Virus record (IMG/VR): IMGVR_UViG_3300046694_000202 | Coordinates: 19,430-83,429 of that record | From: a virus | DNA length: 64,000 nt | Reading direction: 5' to 3' (one strand) | In this document: positions 44,445-54,219 of the stretch, piece by piece | Numbering within the stretch: the stretch's first letter is position 1 | Layout: the number at the start of each line of letters is the position of its first letter | The notes under the pieces: model-generated | The model's input: only the letters and a program-made list of their open reading frames with translations | Database searches by the model: none | What the model was told of the DNA's origin: nothing | Made by a program: the position numbers and the translations under genes

Positions 44445-47400
44445 ATGGCCAATACCGGTCTTCCGACAAACCCGGATGGGCAGTCCGTAACCACGGTCAT
44501 CGCCCCGGTTCTGTCGACCTCCCCTCACGCAGCGATCAAGATCCTGTATGGCTCGGGTGTACCCGCGACCAGCGTCGGCGCCGATGGCGATTTTTATCGC
44601 AACGTCGATAACGATGACCTCTACGGCCCGAAGATCAGCGGGGCATGGCCCGACGCATTCTCGATCCGTGGCTACAAGGGCGACCAAGGCCCTCCGGGTC
44701 CGGCTGGCTCGCTGAATACCGACGACCAGGACGCGCTCGATACCGCCGCAGCAGCTGCGCAAGCAAGCGCGCAAGCCGCCGCCGCGAGCGCGACTGCCGC
44801 GGCCACCAGCGCTGCTGCCGTCGCGGCAAACAAAGCCGCCGCCGCAGCCAGCGCGCAAGCCGCAGCGAACTCGGAAACGAACTCGAACACGTCGAAGGGT
44901 GCCGCCGCAGCCAGCGCGACCGCGAGCGCCGCGAGCGCGACTCAGGCCGCAGCCAGCAACACGGCTGCGGGCACCGCGCGTGATGCCGCGTCGGCCAGCG
45001 CGACGGCCGCGAACGCTTCGAAGGTAGCAGCAGGCGTCTCGGAAACGAACTCGGCCGCGAGCGCGACCGCCGCGAACACGTCGAAGCTCGCAGCAGGAGT
45101 CTCGGAACAGAACGCCGCGAACGCGGCCACAGCCGCCGCTGGTTATCGCGATCAAGCGCAGACCGCAGCTCAGCAAGCGCTCTCGGGCGCCGCACCGAAC
45201 GCGTCCCCGACGTTCACTGGTATCCCGCGCGCACCGACGCCGGCACCGGGTACGAACTCCACGCAGCTCGCCACGACTGCCTTCGTCGTTGCAGCCGTCG
45301 CCGCAGGCGGCGGTGGTGGTGGCGCAGTGTCGTCCGTCGCCGGCCGCACGGGCGCAGTTGTGCTCACGATCGCCGACATCACGGGCGCCGCACCGCTGGC
45401 CTCCCCCGCTCTCACCGGCACGCCGACTGTTCCCACTGCGGCCACCGCGACGAACACCACGCAGGCAGCGAGCACGGCCTTCGTGAAGGCGCAGGGCTAC
45501 GCAACCCTGGCATCGCCTGCGTTCACCGGCACGCCGACTGTCCCGACCGCGACGGCCGGCACGAACACGGCGCAGGCAGCGAGCACCGCATTCGTCATGG
45601 CCGCGATGGCAGCGGGCGGCGGCAGCGGCGGCAGCACCGACGCAGGTATGCGCTATGTCGAGTCGTTCACCGCTGGTGGCACCGACAACACCGTGCAGCT
45701 GCAGGCCGCGTACGCATGGCTCCAGGCCGCGCCGTACCGCACGCTCGCGTTCCAGCACAACAAGGTGTACACGGTCAGCGCGCAGTGCAATCTGCAAGCA
45801 GCTCACTGGTTCCGCATTGAAGGCAACGGCGCGACCATCAAGGGCGCGGCGGGCATGTCGACCGACTACGGTTGGCTGCTGCTGAACATGACCTCGTGTA
45901 CCGATGGCCTCGTGGTCGATCTGTTCTTGGACGGCAACCGCTCGGCACGCCCGGTCGCAGTCGGCAAGGAAGAAGCGCACAACGTTCAGGTCTGGACCGG
46001 CAACCAGCGCGTCACGTTCGTGCGCGTGCAGTCGGACAACGCCTGCTGCGATGGCTTCTATCTCGGCGCGGACGATCCGACGAACTCGGCGACGTTCCCG
46101 ACCGACATCAGGTTCATCGACTGCCAAGCCAACAACGGCTTCCGCAACAACATGTCGTTGATCAACACCGTTCGGTTCCGCGACTATGCCGGGTTCTACA
46201 ACGGCGCGAATGGCACCGATCCGCAAGACGGGATCGACCTCGAACCGAATGGCACGCAGGCAGACGGCAACCTCGGCAACATCAACCCCGAGTTCCACGG
46301 CACGACGACGAACAACAACAACGGCCTCGGGATCCAGATCTACCTGGACAGCAACACGGGCGCCAAGTTCTACGACATCACGGCGAAGAACAACCCGAGC
46401 GGTGCGTTCGGCTGCGCAGGCGGCGACTTCGAAATCCGCGGCTTCACGGTTGAGGATCACTACTGGGACACCGACCGCGGTGTGATCGACATCGGCCCGA
46501 ACACTGGCAACGTGCTGATCACCAATGTCGTGTCGAAGAACAACAACACCGAAGATCCGACGAACAAGCCGCTCATCTACGTGGACGCGGCTGTGACAGG
46601 CCTCGTTGCGATCGATGGTGTGATGCACAGTGATTCGGACTGCCCGGTCTTGATCGCCGAGGCTGGGGTACAGCTCCAGAACGTCGAGTCGCACAACCAG
46701 AGTCTGGGGTACATCGCCGAGCTGCACGCTGGCACCGATCTGTCGCTCATCAAGAACGTGGTGGGCCGCAACTCGCTTCGAGGGCTGTACGTCAACGCAC
46801 CGGACGTTGTGGTGTCGAACGTGCGCTTGACGAGTCCGCGCGACAACGCCCCGCTGCTGCTGTTTGATACCGGCGCGCTGCGTGCGTCGCTCGACGGCTA
46901 CGACGTGTATCAGGATTCGGCGGTCCCCGCTGGTCAGATCGGTGCGCGCTTCATCAACGCCCCGGCTCGCGTCACGAATGTGATCGGCCGCAGCGGTGGC
47001 ACGGCCTGGACGGCAGCTCAGCTGCTGAGCTACGCGGGCGGCACGACTGGCTCGCTGATCGCCAACATCTCGCCGTCCTCGGGCGGTACCGGCGCCGTGA
47101 CCTCGGTCGCTGGCCGCACGGGTGTCGTGACGCTGGCTGTCGCCGACGTGTCGGGTGCAGCACCGCTGGCCTCCCCCTCCTTCACGGGCACGCCGCTCGT
47201 GCCGACTGCAACCGCTGGCACGAACAACACGCAGGCCGCGAGCACGGCATTCGTGACCGCAGCCATCGCGGCAGCGGGCGGCGGCAGCGGTGGTGGTGCA
47301 GTGTCCTCGGTGGCTGGCCGCACGGGCGCTGTGGTGCTGACGATCGCCGACATCACGGGTGCAGCTCCGCTCGCGTCGCCGGCCTTCACGGGCACGCCTA

Positions 47401-48755
47401 CGGTTCCAACCGCTGGAGTCACGACGAACACCACGCAGGCCGCGAGCACGGCGTTTGTGAAGGCACAGGGCTACGCGACGCTGGCGTCCCCGGCCTTCAC
47501 GGGAACGCCGACCGTTCCCACCGCAACCGCTGGCACGAACACCACGCAGGCAGCGAGCACGGCCTTCGTCACGACGGCAGTGGCGGCAGTGAGCGGCGGC
47601 GGCGGTGCGGCGGCGACGGTGAAGGCGAGCGCCTGGAACAACTTCAAGAAGTCGAACACCCAGAAGCTGTCGGCCATCATCGCGCGCGGCGCGGCGGGCC
47701 GTCTGCGTGGCCGGATCACCATCATCGGTGACTCGTACTCGATGGGCTACGGCGCGGGCGACGGCGACAACATGAACGGCGGGCGCGCGAAGAACTACTC
47801 GACGCAGCTCGCGGCCATGCTGACTGCACGTGGCGTCGCAGCGCGCGCGGACTGGACGGTCGGCACGGGCTTCACCGGCAGCATCGCCGAGCTGAACCTG
47901 TACGACCCGCGCGTGACGTTCACGGGCTGCTCGATCCTCACCGACTACAACGCAATCGGCGGGAACATGATCCAGCTCGGATCGACGACCGACAAGATGA
48001 CGTTCACGCCGGGTGTCACGTTCAACACGATCGAAATCCTGGTCGCCTGCAACAACCAAGCTGGCGTCTCGGGCAACTTCGACGTGCTGCTCAACGGCGG
48101 CACGACGGTGTCCTCGACGCAGACCAGCAACGACATCATGGGCGTCAAGAAGATCACGCTCACGGTGGCAGCTGGCACGACCTCGGTATCGCTGCGCGGC
48201 AAGACGAACAACACGTTCATCGCTGGCATCGGCACGCGCAACTCGGCGGCACCGGGCATCGAGGTCATCTGCGGTGCATCGACGGGTGAGAAGGTCAACA
48301 TCCTGGCTGCAGCGCCGACCACGAGCGGCGACGTGAACACGTGGAATAACCGCGCGTCGTCCACTGCCCTGCTCGACACGAACGCCTTGAACGTGACGAT
48401 CATCAACGGTTGGTACAACGATCGCGCGGGTCTGGGCCGGACGACGGCACAGGTGCAGAGCGATCTGGCCACGCTGATCGGCTTCTACAAGACGTACGGT
48501 GACGTGATCTTCCTCGGCTACGTGCCGCTGATCACCAGCGACATCCCGCAGGTTGACTTCGACACGTACCAGAACGCGGCGTTTGCGACCTGTGTGGCGG
48601 CTGACATCCCCTACATCAACCCGCCTGCGGCGCTCGGCACCAACGCTGTGATGTTGGCGCAGGGCTTCTTCGGCGACAACGGGTTGCACTGCGGATCCAT
48701 CGGCCATGCCGCCGTGGCGCGCTTGATCCTCGGCGCCATCGACTCAGTCATCTAA
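44445..48755 (+). CDS. Tailspike/fibre with beta-helix (pectate-lyase-like) and SGNH hydrolase domains
   Basis: Ala-rich stalk, LASPxFTGTPTVPT repeats, Asn-rich beta-helix (DGFYLG, NGFRNNMS, DGIDLEPN), C-terminal GDS...GWYND...DNGLH. Confidence 0.85.
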   Translation: MANTGLPTNPDGQSVTTVIAPVLSTSPHAAIKILYGSGVPATSVGADGDFYRNVDNDDLYGPKISGAWPDAFSIRGYKGDQGPPGPAGSLNTDDQDALDTAAAAAQASAQAAAASATAAATSAAAVAANKAAAAASAQAAANSETNSNTSKGAAAASATASAASATQAAASNTAAGTARDAASASATAANASKVAAGVSETNSAASATAANTSKLAAGVSEQNAANAATAAAGYRDQAQTAAQQALSGAAPNASPTFTGIPRAPTPAPGTNSTQLATTAFVVAAVAAGGGGGGAVSSVAGRTGAVVLTIADITGAAPLASPALTGTPTVPTAATATNTTQAASTAFVKAQGYATLASPAFTGTPTVPTATAGTNTAQAASTAFVMAAMAAGGGSGGSTDAGMRYVESFTAGGTDNTVQLQAAYAWLQAAPYRTLAFQHNKVYTVSAQCNLQAAHWFRIEGNGATIKGAAGMSTDYGWLLLNMTSCTDGLVVDLFLDGNRSARPVAVGKEEAHNVQVWTGNQRVTFVRVQSDNACCDGFYLGADDPTNSATFPTDIRFIDCQANNGFRNNMSLINTVRFRDYAGFYNGANGTDPQDGIDLEPNGTQADGNLGNINPEFHGTTTNNNNGLGIQIYLDSNTGAKFYDITAKNNPSGAFGCAGGDFEIRGFTVEDHYWDTDRGVIDIGPNTGNVLITNVVSKNNNTEDPTNKPLIYVDAAVTGLVAIDGVMHSDSDCPVLIAEAGVQLQNVESHNQSLGYIAELHAGTDLSLIKNVVGRNSLRGLYVNAPDVVVSNVRLTSPRDNAPLLLFDTGALRASLDGYDVYQDSAVPAGQIGARFINAPARVTNVIGRSGGTAWTAAQLLSYAGGTTGSLIANISPSSGGTGAVTSVAGRTGVVTLAVADVSGAAPLASPSFTGTPLVPTATAGTNNTQAASTAFVTAAIAAAGGGSGGGAVSSVAGRTGAVVLTIADITGAAPLASPAFTGTPTVPTAGVTTNTTQAASTAFVKAQGYATLASPAFTGTPTVPTATAGTNTTQAASTAFVTTAVAAVSGGGGAAATVKASAWNNFKKSNTQKLSAIIARGAAGRLRGRITIIGDSYSMGYGAGDGDNMNGGRAKNYSTQLAAMLTARGVAARADWTVGTGFTGSIAELNLYDPRVTFTGCSILTDYNAIGGNMIQLGSTTDKMTFTPGVTFNTIEILVACNNQAGVSGNFDVLLNGGTTVSSTQTSNDIMGVKKITLTVAAGTTSVSLRGKTNNTFIAGIGTRNSAAPGIEVICGASTGEKVNILAAAPTTSGDVNTWNNRASSTALLDTNALNVTIINGWYNDRAGLGRTTAQVQSDLATLIGFYKTYGDVIFLGYVPLITSDIPQVDFDTYQNAAFATCVAADIPYINPPAALGTNAVMLAQGFFGDNGLHCGSIGHAAVARLILGAIDSVI

Positions 48756-48778
48756 AGCTTCACTCCGTGCTTGATCTT

Positions 48779-48804
48779 GGGCGTCCTTCGGGGCGCCCTT
48801 TTTT
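48779..48804 (+). terminator. Intrinsic terminator after the tailspike gene
   Basis: GGGCGTCC-ttcg-GGGCGCCCTTTTTT. Confidence 0.9.
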
Positions 48805-48940
48805 ATGTGTGTATGTATGGCCGTACATGCATATGTACATACATTGATATGTATAGCAATACAGACGTCGATATATATGTCTGTACATACATACTGATGT
48901 ACATGTGTGCGTCACGACACACATACATACATACATAGGT
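48805..48940. repeat. parS-like centromere (ATGT/ACAT tetramer array)
   Basis: Dense TGTATGTA/TACATACA repeats directly upstream of parA. Confidence 0.7.
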
Positions 48941-48979
48941 GTAACCTTCCTTCTTTCCACCACAGAAGGAGAAGGAGAC

Positions 48980-49669
48980 ATGCCAACAATCGTTTTCATC
49001 AGCCCGAAGGGCGGTGTCGGTAAGACTACATCATCCATGCTTCTCGGTTCGCAGTTCGCCAAGCAAGGCTATCCGACCACCTTGATCGACGCTGATCGGA
49101 ACAAGCCTCTTGTGAAGTGGGCCGGCGATCGTGTGCCGCCTGCGCCGAACATGAGCGTGGTAGGCGAGACCGATGAAGATGCAATCATTGATGTGATCGA
49201 TGAGGCCGCTGCGCGCACACCGATCGTCATCGTCGATCTTGAAGGCTCAGCCGGGAAGGTCGCCTTGCTGGCCGTGAGTCAGGCGGATCTCGTGATCATT
49301 CCCATGCAGCCGTCTGAACTCGATGCTTCGGAAGCAGGGCGCGCGTTGCGCGTCGTCAAACAGCAAGAGCGCGTCTCTGGTCGTGCCAAGCCCCACGCGG
49401 TGCTCTTCACCCGCACGTCGCCCACCATCGTGACGCGGACGTTCAAGATCATTCGCAAGAATCTGCAAGAAGCGAATGTCCGGATGTTCAAGACCGAGCT
49501 GATCGAGCGAGAGGCGTTCCGCGGCATGTTCGCGTTTCAGAAGACGTTAGAGCAGCTGGACCCGAAGGAAGTCCCGAACATCCCAGCAGCAATCACCAAT
49601 GCCGAGACGTACATGGCCGAGGTCGCGGCCATGCTTCGTGGCGAGGAGAAGGAGGTCGCAAATGGCTGA
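48980..49669 (+). CDS. parA: ParA partition ATPase (type Ib)
   Basis: Deviant Walker A PKGGVGKTT, LIDAD, IVIVDLEG, ADLVIIP; no N-terminal HTH. Confidence 0.93.
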   Translation: MPTIVFISPKGGVGKTTSSMLLGSQFAKQGYPTTLIDADRNKPLVKWAGDRVPPAPNMSVVGETDEDAIIDVIDEAAARTPIVIVDLEGSAGKVALLAVSQADLVIIPMQPSELDASEAGRALRVVKQQERVSGRAKPHAVLFTRTSPTIVTRTFKIIRKNLQEANVRMFKTELIEREAFRGMFAFQKTLEQLDPKEVPNIPAAITNAETYMAEVAAMLRGEEKEVANG

Positions 49670-50033
49670 GCGCGTCAACTCGTTCGTCGGTCTCGATGAT
49701 CTTGAATTTCACACGAAGCAGAAGGGCGCCCACCCGCCCGTTGATGCCGTGGCCATCGAGCAGATCGCTGACGACAATGGATTCACCGGTGGCGGTTCCG
49801 CGAAGCCGCAGGAGCCTCAGCCCACCACCCCCTTGCAGACGCTTTTAAAAAAGTCTGAGCAAACCAAACTTACAAGCTTCAACCTTCCACTTTCGATGAG
49901 GTTGATGCTCAAGGAGATCTCGGAAGCGACTGGCGCCACGATGACGGAAGTACTGGTCAAGTCGAGCCGGCCGGTGCTTGACCAGTGGGTCGCGGAAGTG
50001 CGGTCGAGGAAACCGAAGCGCAGGGAGATGTAA
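49662..50033 (+). CDS. Centromere-binding partner, C-terminal ribbon-helix-helix (ParG-like)
   Basis: 123 aa coupled to parA, AGGAGG RBS; TSFNLPLSMRLMLKEIS...TMTEVL RHH-like pattern. Confidence 0.7.
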   Translation: MAERVNSFVGLDDLEFHTKQKGAHPPVDAVAIEQIADDNGFTGGGSAKPQEPQPTTPLQTLLKKSEQTKLTSFNLPLSMRLMLKEISEATGATMTEVLVKSSRPVLDQWVAEVRSRKPKRREM

Positions 50034-50036
50034 GAG

Positions 50037-50345
50037 TTATCCACACTTCAAATTTCCTTCGCGCGCGTGTAAGTGGTTTACCAGCTGTGGACATGTCGCT
50101 TCGCGACACCGTGTGGACAAGTGTGGACGGACTTCGCCGCCCACATCTTGCCCACACTTGCCCACAGCGCGCGTCGGTGCGCGACTGTCGTATTCCTACG
50201 ACATTAAGAGGAAAGAAGCGACAAAACCACCCCTTAGAATCATTAGAAAGGACGAGATTTCGAAGGCTTTACAAATCAATAACTTACAAGAGGGGGGTAC
50301 GCAAGCGGGTTGCGTAGGGGTACGCAAGCGTGTTGCGTAGGATGG
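50037..50345. promoter_or_regulatory. Plasmid replication origin candidate
   Basis: DnaA box TTATCCACA 50037-50045, several TGTGGAC/TGCCCACA variants, IHF consensus AATCAATAACTTA 50274-50286, tandem GGGGTACGCAAGCG(G/T)GTTGCGTAG repeats about 50294-50340. Confidence 0.75.
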
Positions 50346-50464
50346 GTAAACCCGAAGCTTGTTTTTCAACGATACCTTAGCCACACTTCATTCAATCTAT
50401 TGCGGTCTGCAGGAAATCTGTTTACAGTTTTCTCGAAATTTAGCTTCGTGAAAAAGGACAGATT

Positions 50465-51034
50465 ATGCGTACCCCTGCGCAAGACGGTGCAAAGACCGAT
50501 GGTGGTGGCTCCTTTGGGCGAGCGAACTTTGTCATGTACGAAAAAGACGCACTGCTGCTGTTCTCGAAGATGATGGCTAAAAAGCCACGAGCGGCCTCTC
50601 TATTCGCGTTTCTCACCGCTAACATGGGCGACAAGAATGCGCTCGTGATCAACCAGCGGCTGATCGCAAAGATGATGGGTGTCAGCACCCGTACGGTCCA
50701 GTACGCGCTTGCGGAATTGGTCGAACGAAACTGGGTTGAAGTGGTTCACCTACATGGCCCCGGCTCCGTTGCTGCGTATGTGGTGAACTCCAACGTGGCG
50801 TGGGCGCAGCCCCGCAGCGAGCTTTGTTACTCGACGTTCTCGGCCGAGGTCATCGCTGACTTCGAGGATCAGCCGAAGGTTGAGTCGAAGCGAAAGCTCA
50901 ACAAGATGTCGAGGGAAGCTATCGCGGAGATGATGGCTTTGGATACCGAGGAGGCCTCCGAGCCTGATGAAGTCTCTGATTTGCAGATCGAGGTTGATCA
51001 ACGCCAAACCATGCTCTTCGAGGCACACGAGTGA
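50465..51034 (+). CDS. rep: Plasmid replication initiator, pBBR1 Rep-like HTH protein
   Basis: KPRAA...NALVINQ...RTVQYA..L....W...GPGSV.AYVVN..VAW.QPR...FSA.V..D..DQ follows the pBBR1 Rep sequence as recalled. Confidence 0.85.
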   Translation: MRTPAQDGAKTDGGGSFGRANFVMYEKDALLLFSKMMAKKPRAASLFAFLTANMGDKNALVINQRLIAKMMGVSTRTVQYALAELVERNWVEVVHLHGPGSVAAYVVNSNVAWAQPRSELCYSTFSAEVIADFEDQPKVESKRKLNKMSREAIAEMMALDTEEASEPDEVSDLQIEVDQRQTMLFEAHE

Positions 51035-51279
51035 GCCTTCATAACGACTTCTCACGATCCATCTCTCAATTCGAACGATACATGTTGGTCGCGCTATACG
51101 CAGGGCCTTGCCCGTTTCCTTTTGAGGAACCACGCGGCGAAGATGCCGACGTGGAAGAGGAAGCTATCACCAAGTTGATCGAGAGGGGTTGGGCCTCAGT
51201 GTTCAATAACAAGGCGATACTGACGCTCCCTGGCATCGAAGCGTATGGGAAGCTGCCTGTCTGTTTCCAGCGGGGGTGA
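51031..51279 (+). CDS. Hypothetical protein (wHTH-like C-terminus)
   Basis: 82 aa, coupled to rep; LIERGW...LTLPG. Confidence 0.6.
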   Translation: MSLHNDFSRSISQFERYMLVALYAGPCPFPFEEPRGEDADVEEEAITKLIERGWASVFNNKAILTLPGIEAYGKLPVCFQRG

Positions 51280-51440
51280 AACCAATCCTCGCGATTCTGC
51301 TGCTCGTCGCGACGCTCGAAGTGGTAGGCGCGGTGGCATGGGAGGCCTTCACCGATTCGCAGGATCCAGCGTGCGTCGATAGCGACAAGGTTTGCGCCGA
51401 GTCGCTGACGTGGCTGGAGAAGTATGGAGAGAGTAAATGA
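51276..51440 (+). CDS. Small membrane-anchored or exported peptide
   Basis: MKPILAILLLVATLEVVGAVAW..., GTGA/ATGA overlaps on both sides. Confidence 0.55.
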   Translation: MKPILAILLLVATLEVVGAVAWEAFTDSQDPACVDSDKVCAESLTWLEKYGESK

Positions 51441-51748
51441 CGGTCGTGGAATACTTTAACGCCCAGCTCGAAGAACGTCAGATGAGCTTGGCCCAGCTGA
51501 GCCGGGATATAGATGGCGAGCTGCTGCCGAACATGCTGTCGATGATCCGCAGGGGCAAGGTCAAGATGCCGAGGGAGCGCATCCCCAGCATCGCTAAAGC
51601 GCTCGGCGTCGATCCATTTTTCATGTGGCGGATGGCGACCCAGGAATACGAGCCAGAGGAGTGGACTGCGTTTCACGAGACCTTCGGCGAGGTCTTGACG
51701 AAGAACGAGGCTGAGATCATCCGGTGGTATCGGAGGCAGAAGAAGTGA
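51437..51748 (+). CDS. XRE-family HTH regulator
   Basis: SLAQLSRDI...NMLSMIRRGKVKMP...IAKALGVD. Confidence 0.85.
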   Translation: MTVVEYFNAQLEERQMSLAQLSRDIDGELLPNMLSMIRRGKVKMPRERIPSIAKALGVDPFFMWRMATQEYEPEEWTAFHETFGEVLTKNEAEIIRWYRRQKK

Positions 51749-52074
51749 TCAAGATCGAAGATCGAGAACGCCTGACTGAGCAGCGTGGCCGCGAGATCGC
51801 TGAGCGCGACGGCTACCGCAACTACGTGATGTTCCCCAGTGGCCACGACGCGGCCATCTGCAACTACATCTACACGCACGCGATCGTCTCGGAGCTGACA
51901 GAGTGGGGCTTCGGCGGGCGCTGGTGCTATCACAGCTACTACGAGGCTCTGCTCGCGCTGACTGAGTGGACGGAGCGGGGTGGGGAAGGGGAGCCAGAGG
52001 GTTGGCATCGTGAACCGATCACAGGCCGTCGTCGACCAGATGGTGACGCGAGCAAGGAGTACATAAACCGGTGA
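51745..52074 (+). CDS. Conserved phage hypothetical protein (RWCY...GWHR)
   Basis: GTG start overlapping the upstream stop; GRWCY and EPEGWHR motifs. Confidence 0.7.
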   Translation: MIKIEDRERLTEQRGREIAERDGYRNYVMFPSGHDAAICNYIYTHAIVSELTEWGFGGRWCYHSYYEALLALTEWTERGGEGEPEGWHREPITGRRRPDGDASKEYINR

Positions 52075-52080
52075 AGCACA

Positions 52081-53935
52081 ATGACTGAAGCAGAGATTCA
52101 GGCTTGTCTCGATGAGATCGGTGATCCCCGCACGAGCGGCAAACGTCGGCACGAGCTGATCCTCGACGTGTTCGCCCGAGGCTGGAACAGTTGCGCTGAT
52201 AAGTTCGGCCCCGACATCCCGCATGTAATTCCGAACGGGCAGGGTGAATGATCCGCACCGGGGACGAGATCCAGATCGAGTGCAAGGGTAAGCGCGTGGC
52301 GGCTAAGGTCGTGCTGGCGTCCCCGAATGGGAAGTCTTTGGCGCTTACCTTCGACGAGTTTCTGGACGGCCACGTGGGGATGATGCCGGTGCTGCTTGGC
52401 GAAGATGGCGTCTTCCGGTCGATCATCAACGGCGTTGAAGTGAAGGTATGGAAACGGTGAGACGGCAAAAACGAACGCCCGATCCGGTATGACGAATGCT
52501 AGACATGCCCCTGACAGTTGCCCAAAGCAACCTGACAGGAGACGAACGTGGAAACAACAGCCAAGGAGTTGGCGCTCGCTCTGCAAGATGCGTGCGCTCG
52601 GTTGCGCTTAGAAGTGGCAGAACTTGAAATCCTCATGGAGCGCATCGAAGCACTCGCCCCGCAGCTGGAAGGGATGCTGGAGGGCACACGATGACGATCA
52701 AATGGATTCCGGTGCGCCCTGATGGGTTGCTGCTTGGCTGGCTGATGGCCGACTCTGAACGTGCCGCTTGGGACAAGCTCATGCTCGACGACGAATACTT
52801 CGGGAAGGCTCGGACCTCGGGCGAATACAAAGCGCTCGGCTTCCGGGTCGAGGAGTACGAGGTAGTAACTTGAAACTGCAAGCCCAAGACTACGAGCGGG
52901 CGTATGTCCTTCAGAAAACCGACGACTACGAAGTCTTAGGTTGGCTCACTGGTGAGCGCGGGATCTACTGCCTCCACTGCTCCCACGTTTCGTTCAACAA
53001 GAACGACATCGAGAGATGCTACTGCGCCCATTGCAAAATGTTCCACCCCGATCGATGGGCGAAGAGGAAACAATGAACGGATCAGACACCATGCTTGATG
53101 TACTCCACAAGCTCGAAGAGCTGCGGGACAACCAGACACTATCGGTCGAGCAGCGTTGTCACGATCTGCTGCAAGTCGCGGCCTTCGCAGCGAGCTTTCG
53201 AAGCGCGCTGATTCGAGGCGAGGAGGAGAGCGAGTGACGTTCGAATTCGAGACCGACCCGACAGGGAAGTACGACGACGTGGCGACCACCGTGCGCGAGA
53301 TGGTGGAAGCCGAAATGATCGGGCTGTTCGTGATCAAGGGAAACAATGGTACGGGCTTCACCGTTCAATCGGCCAACCCTGTCCTTCTGAGCCTAGTGCC
53401 GGACATGCTGGAGAGCATGGCCAGGAACATCCGTGAGCAGCAGAATGGGAAGCTGCAATGAGCGAACATCCGATCTGCTCCTGGTGTGGAGAGCCTGTCC
53501 TGCCGGGGGAGGAGGTAGATCCGAACTTCCGATCTCAACCGACGCATCTTGAGTGCGGGATACGTTCGATCATCGGGGGTGTGAACCACCAGAAGGGCAC
53601 ATGCTCATGTTGCGGTGGGACTGATGATCCGGATCCACCGAACACGTCCCGCCGCATAGCTGCGGTCTTGGCCGCACACCACTTCTGGATGACGCAACAT
53701 GAAGGTTCGGTACATTAAGCGCGCCCGTGACCGCCAGACGCGCCGTCACTGGTTGCATGAGTGGGTGTTCACGCGGCTCCTCTTAACCGGGGGCGGGGTT
53801 TTCTCCAGCTCCATCACGATGCAAGACATCATGAGAGGCGCACGCCGCGCTGGCTTTGACGTGCGCCTGAAGCTCGTGCCGAATCAGTACTCTTCGACAT
53901 CGACCAGCTCGGGCGCGAACACGAACGGTTCATAG
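52081..53935 (+). other. Cluster of small rightward hypothetical genes (52081-52251, 52248-52460, 52548-52694, 52691-52873, 52870-53076 Zn-ribbon, 53073-53237, 53234-53461, 53458-53718 Cys-rich, 53699-53935)
   Basis: Chain of short ORFs, mostly with 4-nt start/stop overlaps. Confidence 0.65.
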
Positions 53936-54219
53936 CTCACGAGCCTGATGCCCCACGAACCATCGAGCGGCGGGAAGCCTTCGACAGCTCCGTTGTTGAA
54001 CTGAGCCTCGGGATCGAAGTTCTCCGAGCTTTGCGCCATGAACTCGGCACACAGCATCTTCAGCACAGCATCGAGCACCGTGTCGTACATGAGACGGTAC
54101 TGGCCGTTGGACCAGAAGTTGTTGATCAGGTGCAGCTTCTCTTCGGTCAGGATCTCATGGTCGATCTCGACCTTCATCTGGTAGCCATCAGCGTACGTCA
54201 GTATGTATTGCTTTATCAC
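53884..54219 (-). CDS. DUF2528-like phage protein
   Basis: VEIDH...LHLINNFWS...VLKML...GFPPLDGSWGI pattern as recalled. Confidence 0.6.
   Translation of the reverse strand: MIKQYILTYADGYQMKVEIDHEILTEEKLHLINNFWSNGQYRLMYDTVLDAVLKMLCAEFMAQSSENFDPEAQFNNGAVEGFPPLDGSWGIRLVSYEPFVFAPELVDVEEY

Noticed and set aside
44415-48707. 1430-aa minus-strand ORF and similar long antisense ORFs (for example 27416-30418, 35385-37361, 16258-17901, 60443-62149)
   Set aside because: Shadow ORFs of high-GC genes on the opposite strand; no motifs or RBS, and they fully overlap well-supported genes.
48805-48940. TACA/ATGT array as a microsatellite or assembly artefact
   Set aside because: Mixed orientations and position directly upstream of parA fit a centromere or operator better.
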